DNA from: Mustelus asterias
Taxonomy: Eukaryota
Direction: 5' to 3'
Length of the DNA stretch: 64,000 bases
NCBI RefSeq assembly: GCF_964213995.1
Contig: NW_027590154.1
Coordinates: 1,054,001 to 1,118,000 of the forward strand
A model generated the notes under the pieces. That model was given only the letters and a program-made list of their open reading frames with translations, did not search any database and had not been told where the DNA came from. This document shows, one piece after another, positions 36,181-47,784 of the stretch (its first letter is position 1; every line of letters starts with the position of its first letter). The translations under genes were made by a program, and so were the position numbers.

Positions 36181-36500
36181 TAATGTTCAGTCAATGTTCT
36201 GAGGACCTGAGTTCAAATCCCGCCACGGCAGATGGTGGAACTTGAAATCAATAAAAACTATCTGGAATTAAGAATCTATTGACGACTATGAGACCATTGT
36301 TGATAGTTGTAAAAACCCATCTTGTTTACTCATGTCTCTTTAGGGAATGAAATCTGCCGTTCTTACCTTGTTTGACCTACATGTGACTCCAGAGTCACAG
36401 AAATGTGGTTGACTCTCAACTGCCCTGCAAGGGCAACTAGAGATGGGCAACAAATGCTGGCCAACCAGTAATGTGCAAGTCCCACGAATCAATAAATAAA
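36180..36500 (+). mobile_element. Second tRNA-derived SINE family sharing its tail with the CR1/L2-group LINE
   Basis: B-box gagttcaaatccc, core ggcagatggtggaa...gaaatctgccg...acatgtgactccag, tail gatgggcaacaaatgctggcc. Other copies at ~19235-19790, 32885-33095, 50340-50700, 52240-52572(-) and 63120-63470. Confidence 0.8.
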
Positions 36501-37934
36501 AGCTATGTTTAGCCTGTCTGTCCTACATGTGACTCCAGTTCCACAGTGATGAAGCTGACCCTTACGTGCCTCTGAAATTGACAAAACAGCCATTCAGGTG
36601 TTTCAAAGCTGCTGCAGAAAGTCAAACACAAATAAAACCAAACAGAGGGCAATAATTTCAAAAAGGTAGTTCGCAACCGCCTTCTCAGTATGGGCAATTA
36701 ATGCTGACTTTGTCAGTGATGCCCATATCCAGAGAATGAATAGAACAGTGCAAACTACTGCGACTTCCGGAAATCTAAAAGTAAAACAACAAAAAAGGCA
36801 GGTCAGCGGGCATTAGCAGTGGGTGAAACAGATTCTCATTTCAGGCCGATGACAGAATGTAAAATCTCATTGATGAAATTCGATATAACAGGACTGTTCT
36901 GCCCAGTAACCTGGCCACTCATTCCTCAACTAAAATCACAAAATGACTGTTCGTTTATCACATCTCGCTTTGTGGGAGCTTGCTGTGCACCAAATACTTG
37001 CTGTCTGTCCAATATTACAGCAGTGAATAACTTCAGCAAAATATATCAGTGAGTTTTAAATGGTTTGGGACGACCTCAGGTCAGGTAAAGCGTTATAAAA
37101 ATGCAAGGCCTTTCCAAATGTTATTATAAAATGCAAGAATTGATATGTCAAAAGCTCTGCGATTAATGCGATTATCGTCACTCCTCCGCCTGATGTTTTA
37201 ACATATCTAGTTTTAGTAGACTAAATCATCAATCAAATTGACATTCAGTGGAATACCAGCATTTTCAAACATGTTTTACTTATTCTGACATCAGAACTTA
37301 CAGAACAAAATCTTGATTAGAGGGTATTTTTTTATTTGAATTAAATAGCGTCTGGTCTAATGGGTATTCACGAAGCTTCTATGGATTTTGAACCTGCTGC
37401 CAATATACTTAAAAGAAAACGCTATTTTGAATTGAAACTAATGAATAAATGACGGTTTATCTGGTTTTGCTGCCATGAACATCTCATTGTAACCAGTGAG
37501 GTGTTTATGTAAATAAACACAGAAATAGCAATCCCAGATTAGATTTATTGATTGACAAAAACACAACAAATATTTCCCCATCAACACAGCACAGAAATAG
37601 AGACAAACATGCAAATCAATCATTGGATTTCAGTCGTGATTGTTTTTGGACATATGTTTTCATCAGTTATATGCGCAAAACAAGCTATGATTATCAATGT
37701 TCAAAATTAGGAAAGATTCCCTCTAATCACAAAATATAAGGACACGGCAAATATATTTGCGGCGATTTATTGTGCTTTATCTCTCTTTGTCTTTCTCCTC
37801 TCTGATTCTGTGTCTTGTTTTGTCTCTCCATGATGGGTCATTGTTTTTACTCAACAACTTCAAGTCAAACTCCAGCAATGTATTCTCTCAGGCCTATTTT
37901 CAGGCCTCTAACTAAATGGATTTAATTCAATCTA

Positions 37935-38210
37935 CAGAGGGAGCTTTTCTCCTGATCATTCCCTGTATCTAACCCTTTCTGTCCCAGCGTCCAATTGTTT
38001 CAATGGACAGTGTAGAGAGGTTTTTACTGTTTCTAAACAGTCTTCATTTGCTGGAAATGCTTGATTGAGATAGTGTGGATGGAGTTTCACTTTTTATCTA
38101 TCCCGTGCTACACCTGCTTGGGAGTGTTTAATGTTGCACTGTGGAGGGAGCTTTACATTCGGTGCCTAAACACATGCTACACCTGCCCTTGGAATGTTTG
38201 ATGGGACACT
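37935..38210 (+). repeat. Degenerate ~65-bp minisatellite (cagtgtagagggagctttactctgtatctaacccgtgctgtacctgccctgggagtgtttgatggga-like)
   Basis: About 4 units here and about 9 units at the paralogous 55900-56490. Confidence 0.75.
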
Positions 38211-39726
38211 AGGCCCTGTCTCTATATTGCACTCATCTGTGACCTGTCTCTGCTGATGTTAAATTAACTAATCCCTGTTTCGGTTTATATTAAAGAAGAT
38301 TTTGTCTCTGTTCATATTACACTGGACGTACTTTCTGTTTATAATAAACTAGATGCTGTCTCTGTTTATATTACACATCACCATGTCTCTGTTCATATTG
38401 AGATCGACAATGACTCTGCTTTTATTAATGTAGACCTGTCTCTGTACTAAACTGGATGCACTTGACCATGTCCATGTTCATTTTATATTGGGCACGGACT
38501 CAGTTATTACTGCACTGGACAATGTGCAATAATGTGAAAAGTGGCTATGGGAACACGATTCTCTGCATCCTCCTACAGATACAACTCTGACGGATGGAGA
38601 CAAGTGTTGGGAACTGGAAAAGAAGAAGTGATATTTGAAAGCTCATTCTACTGATGCATTGAAAATAGATATCAAACCCTGCGCAGCATACACTGTCGAT
38701 CCAATATTTTCCGTTTCAAGATCCTGCTGAATACAGATGTTTATAGCCCAGCATATTTATGCATTATATTATCTCTCTACCTCACAGAACCGTTGAGTAA
38801 TGTTCAGACAGAGGAATACTATAGTGCAGTAATAACAGTGACCTGGTCTCATGAATTATAGACAGAGTCAGGATCAAATGTCATATAAACAGGGATTGGG
38901 TCTAGTGCATCATAAACTAAGCTCTGGTCAAGCGGAGTATTAACAGAGACAGGATCTATTTTAATCTAAACAGTGGCCTGATGCAGTGAAATAGAAACGA
39001 GGTCGTGCCGAGTGCCTTGTGGGAAGTTAAATGCGAAATACTGGCCTTACCAGAGACACCCACATCCCATTAAATAAATATTTTAAAAATATGAATGACA
39101 TCAACGAATACAAGAAAAACTGAGATGGTGTCGAGTGCAATTTAACTGAATGCAGTTACTTGCGCGATATAAACTGAGACATATCGTGTCAATTACTGAT
39201 ACAGGCCTAAACCGATATTAACTGAGGCAGAGCTTAGCGCATTAGCAGTAATTACTGATACAGAATCTGGACTGACATAAACTGAGACAGAGTCCAGTGT
39301 GTTAGTGGTCATTACTGATGCAGGACCTAGACTGATAAAAACTGAGACAGGATTTAGTGTGTTATTAATGACTAGAGATACGATATTTAGACTGATATAA
39401 ACTCAGAAAGAGTCTAGCGCATTGGGAATAATTACTAATATGTGATCTAGACTGGCATACACTGAGATATGGACAATGCAGCAAATTAGAGGGATCACAT
39501 GATGCAATAATAACAGAGGCAGGGCACAGTGTTGAATAAACAAATACATGCACTTGTGCAGCATTAACTAAAACAGTGTCGACTTTATTAGATCTAATGA
39601 ACCATTAGAGTAATGACAGTGACCGAAACTTGTGTAACGCAAGAAGGATGTTGCTCCAGTATGGGAGTCACAGATAAAGGTTCTGTTGCAGTAGGAATTG
39701 AGACACAGTCTCTTCCCAGATTAAAG

Positions 39727-40015
39727 ATTTAAAGCTTATTTATTAGTGTCATAAGTCGGCTTTCGTTCACACTGCAATGAAGTTACTGTGAAGAACCCCG
39801 AGTGGTCACACTCCGGTGCCTGTTTGAGTACACCGAGGGAGAATTTAGCATGGCCAAAATGCACCAAACCAGCACCTCTTTCGGACGGTGAGTGGAAACC
39901 GGAGCACCCGGAGAAAACTCACGCAGACATAAGGAAAACGTGCCGACTCCACACAGACAGTCACCCATGTTGGGAATTGAACCCGGGTCCCTGGCACTGT
40001 GCCACCGTGCCGCCC
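39727..40015 (-). mobile_element. HE1-head SINE with alternative tail
   Basis: Same structure as 30067-30352; absent from paralogous copy B. Confidence 0.87.
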
Positions 40016-40136
40016 AGATTAACTGAAACATATTTCAGCACAGTCATAATTCAGAAACCATCGTGTAAACAGGCTTTGACTTCACTTATGAACAACTGAT
40101 AATGAGCCGAGTAGAGAACTAACAGAGACAGGACAT

Positions 40137-41317
40137 ATGGATTATATGGTTTATATGGATTTTAGCAAGGCATTCGATAAGGTCCCCCATGCAAGGCTTC
40201 TAGAAAAAGGGAGATGGCATGGGATCCAAGGGGCTGCTGCCCGGTGGATCCAGAACTGGCTTGCCCAAAGGAGGCAGATAGTGTGCATAGATGGGTCTTT
40301 TTCTAATTGGAGGTTGGTCACCAGTGGTGTGCCCCAGGGATCTGTTCTGGGACCCTTGCTGTTTGTAATTTTCAGAAATGACACAGATGAGGAAGCGGAG
40401 GGATGGGTTGGTAAGTTTGCCGACGACGCAAAGGTTGGTGGGGATGTGGATAGTCTGGAGGGATGCCAGAAGTTACAGAGGGACATAGATAGGATGCAAG
40501 ACTGGGCGGACAAGTGGCAGATGGACTTCAACCCAGATAAATGCGTCGTGGTCCATTTTGATAGGTCAAATGGGATGAAGGAGTACAATATAAAGGGAAA
40601 GACTCTTAGTACGGCAGAGGATCAGAAGGACCTTGGGGTCCGGGTCCATAGGACTCTAAAATCGGCCCCGCTGGTGGAGGAGGTGGTTAAGAAGGCGTAT
40701 GGTGTGCTGGCCTTTATCAATCAAGGAATTGAGTTTAGGAGTCCGGGGATAATGATGCAGCTATATAAGACCCTCATCAGACCCCACTTGGAATACTGTG
40801 CTCAGTTCTGGTCGCCTCACTATAGGAAGGATGTGGAAAAGATTGAAAGGGTGCAGAGGAGATTTACAAGGATGTTGCCTGGATTGAGTGGCATGCCTTA
40901 TGAGGATAGGCTGAGGGAGCTCGGTCTTTTCTCCTTGGAGAGACGAAGGATGAGAGCAGACCGAATAGAGGTGTATAAGATGTTGAGAGGCATAGATCGG
41001 GTGGACTCTCAGAGGCTTTTTCCCAGGGTGGAAATGTCTGCTACGAGAGGACACAGGTTTAAGGTGCTGGGGGATAGGTACAGGGGAGATGTTAGGGGTA
41101 AGTTTTTCACACAGAGGGTGGTGGGCGAGTGAAAACGGCTGCCGTCAGTGGTGGTGGAGGCGAACTCAATAGGGTATTTTAAGAGACTCCTGGATGAGTA
41201 CATGGAGCTTAATAGGATGAAGGGTCATAGGTAGGTCTAGAAGGTAGGGACGTGTTCGGCACAACTTGTGGGCCGAAGGGCCTGTCTGTGCTGTTGTTTT
41301 TCTATCTTCTATGTTCT
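40137..41317 (+). mobile_element. CR1 LINE 3' 1.2 kb; RT ORF 40137-41132
   Basis: DFSKAFD, GVPQGSVLGP and KFADD motifs; TSD AGGACAT at 40130-40136 and 41318-41324. Confidence 0.95.
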
Positions 41318-41424
41318 AGGACATGCTGTAATGTGGCTGGGACATGGCCTGTTGCAATACAAACAGACGTGGGGGCTAGTTGAACGTAATAAGATATATG
41401 ACCTGTTCAAAATCATTTAATGAG

Positions 41425-42950
41425 GTTTTGCTGTCACTGGTAACGTAGGATTTGTTGCCCCTTCTAATTTTTCCTTTGAGAATGTGCCAGTGAGCCCTCT
41501 TCTTAAATCATTGCATTCTCTATGAGCAAGTACACATACAGTGCTGATGGGAAGGGAGTTGCAAGATTTTCATCCACTGACACTGAAAAAATAGTGATAT
41601 AGATCCCAGTCAAGACGGTGTGGAGGTTTCATGAGCATTTTCAGGCAATTGTATTCTCCTGCATCTGCTGCCCTTGCCATGTGTTTGGAAGTTGCTACCA
41701 AAGGATTATGTTGCTGCTATACAAGTTGTATATGGTTCACACGGCTAGAGTTGTACATCTGTGATGCAGAGAGTGAATGTTTAAAGTTGTTGGTGGGGTG
41801 TCCATCCAGCCGCCTGCTTTTTGCTGGGTGGTTTCGAGCATTTTGGGTGTTGCTTCAATACCACACGCCAGGTAAATGGAGAATATTCAATCACAATCCT
41901 GACTTTTGCCTTTATATGATGGATAGGGTTTGGGAAGTCAGGAGGTGAGTTACTCCACGCACAATTCCCAGCCTCTGACCTGTTTTTGTAGCAATATTAC
42001 TGACATGGCTGTCCCAGTTCAACTTTCCATCAATGGCAATTCCCAGAATGATGATAGTGGGGTTTCAGCTGTAGTCATTCAATTAATGGCAAGCGGAGAT
42101 GATTGCAATCTCTCTTACTTGAAAGGGTCATTGCCTGTCACCTCGGTGGCGTGAATGTCACATGCCACTTCACAGCCAAAGCCTGAATGTTTTCTAAGTC
42201 TTTCTGCTTACGGACACGGACTGCCTCAGTATCTGAGAAGTTGTAAATGTGCTGAACATCGTGCAATCATCAGTGAACATCCCACTTCTGAGCTTGTATT
42301 GAAGCGTGAATATTAGGCCGAGGGCACTATCCTGAGGAGTTCCTTCAGCAAATACCCTGTGACTGAGATGATTGGCTTTCAACAGCCACAGCCATCTTAC
42401 TCTGTGCTCGGTTTGACTGAAGCCAGTGGAATGTTTTTTTCCCCGGATCCCCATTGACTGCAGCTTTGCTCGGGCTTCTTGATGCCACAATCGGTCAAGT
42501 GCTGTGTTGATGTCGAGGGCCGGCACTCTCACCTCACCTCATTAAAGCAGCTATTTCCACTAGATTTGGACTAAGCTTAAATAATTTCTGGAACTGAGTG
42601 CTCCGAGTGGGACCCAAACAGAGCATCATTGAGCAGATTACTATTATTTGTAGTTGTAGCAGTATTGATATTATTATATTATTTTTTTTTTAGATGATCC
42701 TTCATACTTACCATTACGTTGATCGAGTGAGGACGCATTGGGCGATAATTGGTCGGGTTGGGTTTGTCCTGCCTTCTGAAACAGGTCACGTCTGCCACTT
42801 TTCACACTGTTGTGTATGTGACCGTGATGTAGCTGTACTTGAAGAGATTGGCTGAGGCTCAGCTAGCTCCAGAGCACAAACCGTTATTATTACTGCTGAA
42901 ATATTGTCAGGATCCATAATCTTTGCAGTATCCAATGCTTTCAGCACAGG
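41425..42950 (-). mobile_element. Old CR1/L2-group LINE (paralogue at 59425-60390)
   Basis: RVPALDINTALDRLWHQ...PQDSALG...MFTDDCT RT remnants. Confidence 0.8.
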
Positions 42951-43039
42951 GTTAGGCCCACAGATCAATCATGATCATATTGCATGGCGGAGCGGGCTCC
43001 AGGGGCTGAATGGTCTACTCCTGTTCCTATCGTCAACGT

Positions 43040-43322
43040 TATAGAAACATAGAAACATAGAAAACTACAGCACAAAACAGGCCCTTCGGCCCCACAAGTT
43101 GTACCGAACATATCCCTATCTTTTAGGCCTACCGACAACCCTCCATCCTATTAAGTCCCATGTACACATCCAGGAGTCTCTTAAAAGACCCGATTGAGTT
43201 TGCCTCCACCACCACTGACGGCAGCCGATTCCAATCGCCCACCGCCCTCTGTGTGAAAAACTTATCCCTAACATTTCCCCTGTACCTACCCCCCAGCACC
43301 TTAAACCTGTGTCCTCTCGTAG
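43040..43322 (-). mobile_element. CR1 3' end, same subfamily as 40137-41317, inverted
   Basis: Near-identical reverse complement of 41043-41317. Confidence 0.9.
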
Positions 43323-43789
43323 CATGTTGAATGAATTGACCTCCTTGGAGACTGGCATCTGTGATGTTCGGGGCATTAGGGGAAGGCAGAGATGGAACAT
43401 CTTCTGCCTGAACATAGTAGCAATTGTTTCAGTCTTGTTTCTTTTCCCTTTCAAGAATGGGGGTTTCGTTTGAGGCTCCTGCTGCAGTTACTTGTTTAAA
43501 TGTCAATCACCATTCAGGACTGCATGTGGCAGAACTGCAAAGTTAGGGTCCAGTGTAGTCTTTATTGAGGCAGTGCCTTCTTCATGTAATGTAAACCATC
43601 AAGGTGCCAATTCCATCTGCTGGCAAAATTCTGCAATTACAGTTACTGTAAATATATCGCTGTCAGGTATGATTTATGATAGTAATATACAAATAATTCA
43701 CATTCATAAATGTAAGACCACATCTCCTTCTGCGGAAAGTGCCCAAATTTAAGGTGCAACGAATTATAGAAGAGATGAACGTTGCTGAA

Positions 43790-44630
43790 TAATACAGGTT
43801 AAGTTGTGTCCCGCAGGAATCTGTCTTGAGGTCTCAATTATTTACAATATTCATAACGGCTTAGATAATGCCACAAAAAGTCAAATAATCCAAATAATAG
43901 ATAAAGGTAGTTTTTAGAAGGCAGAAAGTAAAATTTAGTGGATGCCCAGCGAGATTTGGGTGTTCAAATGAATAGCTTCTTAAAATGCCACGAACTGATG
44001 CAGAAAATAGTCAAGCAGGTCAACGGAATTCTGGCCTTTGTATCTAAAGGACTGGAGTATAGGGATGCAGATGTTATGCTGCAATTATGCAAAATCCTGG
44101 TTAGAGCCCACCTGGAGTACTGTGCACAGGTTTGGGCACCACACCTTTGCAAAAATTTTAGTCCTGGAGGGAGTTGAACGCACGTTCACAAGAATTAGAC
44201 CTGGCCTTTAGGGGTTAAGTTGCGAGGAGAAATTAGACAAATTGGGACTTTTCCTCTCGAATTCAGAAGGTTGAGGGGTGTTCTGACAAAAATCTACAAA
44301 ATATTTACGGGTAGGATCGGGCGGATCAATAAGTTGAAGGCTCTAGAATAAAGGGCCACAATTTTAAAAAAACAGGGTCAAGCCGTTCAGGAGAGTTGAT
44401 GGAAAGTATTTCTACACACAGAGAGTGGTGGACTTTTGGAACTCTCTTCCGCAAAGGCCAGTGGGTGCTAGTTCAATTGTTAGATTTATCTCTGAGATCG
44501 ATTTTTTTATTGAACAGGGGTATCAAGGGATACGGGCCAAGGGCAGGTACATGGGGTTTGGCCACAGATCAGCGATGATCTTATGAATGGGGGGCGAGTT
44601 CGAGAAGCTGAATGGCCTGCGTCTGCTTTT
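43790..44630 (+). mobile_element. Old CR1 3' fragment
   Basis: QRDLGVQ...LVRAHLEYCAQVWAPH. Confidence 0.85.
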
Positions 44631-45864
44631 TTTATTCATGCTTGGGACATGGGCTTCGCTGGCTGGTCAACATTCATTCCCCATACCTAGTTGCCCTTGA
44701 GAAGGTTATGGTGATTTGCCTTCTTGAATCGCTGCAGTACATTTTCTGTGGGTAGACCCACAATGCCGTTAGGGAGGAAATTTAAGGATTTTGACTGAGC
44801 GATTGTGAAGGAACGGCGATATATTTCCAAGTCAGGATGGTGAGTGGCTTGGAGGGGAAATTCTGCTCCTCTGTTCCTATGATGCCAGGTCAGCATCAGA
44901 GCATAATGCCTCAATCCACGGTAATGTATATTTGTTCATTTTGGTTAGAAGGAGGAATGCTGACCAGGGCGCTGTTGGAGACAATGGGGCCTTTAATGTT
45001 CAGCTCAGCAAACATGGTGCTGGGGAAAATGTATTTGTTCTTCATTCCATCTGAAAGATAGTTGGGGTAATTGTCTCTTAAGCCCCCCAAGAAGCAAAGA
45101 TGGAGTCTTAAGTTGAAGGAAAATATGTGTGTGTGTCCGTGTGAGTGTGTGCGTTTTCTGAAAAACGTCATATTGTTTACAAATCAATTTCACAATGATA
45201 ACCGGCGTCCTTCCATTTAAAATAAAAAAAATAGACGCAGAGTAAACACATCAATTTCAGAATGGTTTCTTTTTCAAATGTCACCTTTGTTGGTGACTGA
45301 GAAGGACAATTTTTGAGAGGTTGGCTCTGTTACAAGTGCTGCTCATGAAGCTACCAATTGTGGTTTTATGTTGTCGTTTTCTGTGTCATGAATGAGACTG
45401 AGGAGTTTTGATGGAGAGCGACGTTTTCCCAAATATGGTAGTCCCTGCTCTGCTACCGGTGTTGAATGTCTTGATGAGATTGACGAAGGTAAAGATAAGT
45501 ACATAGGGCATATAAAGCAGATATTTTCCAGAGTCAATCTTCCATTAAAAACACAACATTGTGCTTCAGGATAATCCGGATCTTCAAACAGATGAATGTT
45601 TTCAGATGTGTCACTGGCAATGATGTACATATATCTATAGTTGTTGCAGTGTCCTCTGGCGGCTTTTTTCCCCGGTAGTGTTGTGCTTTTGAATCATGCA
45701 TCTCCTGTGGAGCGCATCCTATCTTCCATTCAGAAAGAGAAGATCATAAATGTTCACAAAATTGGTATTTATTTTCACCAATTGCCATCCATTCACAAAG
45801 TTGCATAATTTTGTTCACCAGTTATCAACCATTCATAGACATTAATATATTTACGTTTTAATTT

Positions 45865-46835
45865 AAGTGATGTGATCGTTGCTGGCTAGGTCAACGTTTG
45901 CTGCCTATCTCTAATTGCCCTTAGTAAGCTGGTGGTGAGCTACCCTCGTGAATTGCTGCGAAGCCTGTGGCGTATGTACTCACACAGTGCTGTTGCAGAG
46001 GGTGTTCCAGGATTTCAATCGAGCGACAGTGAAGGAAGGGCGATATTTTTCCAAGTCAGTTATATGACTGACTTGGAGTGGAATTTACAGGTGATATTCC
46101 CAGGTAACTCTTACCCCTGTCCTTCCAAATGGTAACAGTCCTGTGGTTGGAAGGTGTTGCCTAAGGAGTCTTGGTGAGTTCCTGAAGTGAAACTTGTAGA
46201 TACTTAGAAACTTAGAAACTTAGAAACCCGACAGCACAGAAAGAGGCCATTCGGCCCATCGAGTCTGCACCGACCACAATCCCACCCAGGCCCTACCCCC
46301 ATATCCCTACATTTACCCACTAATCCCTCTAACCTACGCATCCCGGGACACTAAGGGCAATTTTTAGCATGGCCAATCAACTTAACCCGCACATCTTTGG
46401 ACTGTGGGAGGAAACGGGAGCACCCGGAGGAAACCGTAGATGGTGTGTAATGCTGCTGTTGTTTGTCGGTGGTGGAGGGCGTGAGCATTTGCAAATGCTA
46501 TGTTGGTCAAGCCGCCTGCGTTTTCCTGAATGCTATAAAGCTTCTTGAATGTTGTTTGAGCTGCACTCATTCAAGCAAGTGGAATGAACTCTATTACACT
46601 CCTGAGTTGTTTTTTTGTAGGTGGTGGACAGGGTTGGGAAGTCAGAAGGTGAGTTACTCACAGCAAGCGGACCTGATATTCCAGCCGGAGCATTTATATA
46701 TCTAGTCAATTCAGCGATTAGCCAATGGTAACCCCGACGATGTTTATAGTGGGTGATTCAGTATCGTAATATCATTGAATGACAAGGAGCAATGGGTAGA
46801 TTCTCTCTTTTTGGAGATGGTCATTTCCTGGCGCT
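45865..46835 (-). mobile_element. CR1/L2-group LINE 3' fragment with nested HE1 (46205-46435)
   Basis: Family tail and body homologous to 5325-5930. Confidence 0.78.
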
Positions 46836-47244
46836 AATATTACTAATAATATGCAAATCACAAAAATAAATAAATATTCAACAAATTATTTTCAGCATTT
46901 TATTTGGTACAAATATAATTGCAGTTTATTTATTGTAGTTTATTGAGATTCAAATTTATTGAGGTCACTTTGGCCTTTCTGTCACCAAAGAATCAAATCT
47001 GTCCCAGAATTCACTGGGAAGTTGAATTAAATCAGACCGAGGATAATGAGCAGCTACCCAGCAGCCTCTGCGCTTTATTGACACGTAATCACCTCATCAT
47101 CACACATAAACCCCTGATATATAACTGGAGTGTGTAACCATTTTTAAAGTGACTGTATAACTGAAAGGACCTGTATCTAATGTTATATATAATTTATAAT
47201 ATCTAATCTGACGGTATAGAATCTTAAGATGCAGATTAATTATT

Positions 47245-47570
47245 CATAGAACAAAGAATCCACAGTGCAGAGTGAGACCATTGGGCCCATCGAGTCTGGA
47301 GCGACCTCAATCCTACCCAGGCCCTATTCCCGTGACCCCTCATATTAACCCCACTAATGCCCCTGACACAAGGGTTAATTCAGCATGGCCAATCAACCTG
47401 AACTGCATATGTTCGGACTGCAGGAGGATACTAGAGTACCCGGAGGAAATCCACACAGACAAGGAGAGAAACGGCAAACTCCACAAAGACAGTGACCTGA
47501 GGACGGAATTGAACCCGGGTCCCTGGCGTTGTGAGGCAGCAGGGCTAACCAATATGACACCGTGCCGCCC
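47245..47570 (-). mobile_element. HE1-like V-SINE, full length
   Basis: Head, V-domain and tail present. Confidence 0.88.
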
Positions 47571-47784
47571 TTGCACACTTACACAGTACTGGAAAGTCAT
47601 TTACCACTTGGATCTGTCCAGTGAGTTTCACAACATTTCAATTGCCTCATTATTTTTTTAGCCTGTTACCTTCGCTAATTTAGGTGATGATATGTTGAGT
47701 GATTTATTGCACTAGAAAGGGCCATATGTTACAAATATTACAATCCTCCCCCTCAACCTAATCCCTCTTTCCATCTTGGATTTG

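Noticed and set aside
37438-37623. ORF with LYFCAV / DCYFCV resembling a TCR V end (also 55287-55529)
   Set aside because: No upstream WYxQ framework or RSS; treated as a conserved non-coding block instead.
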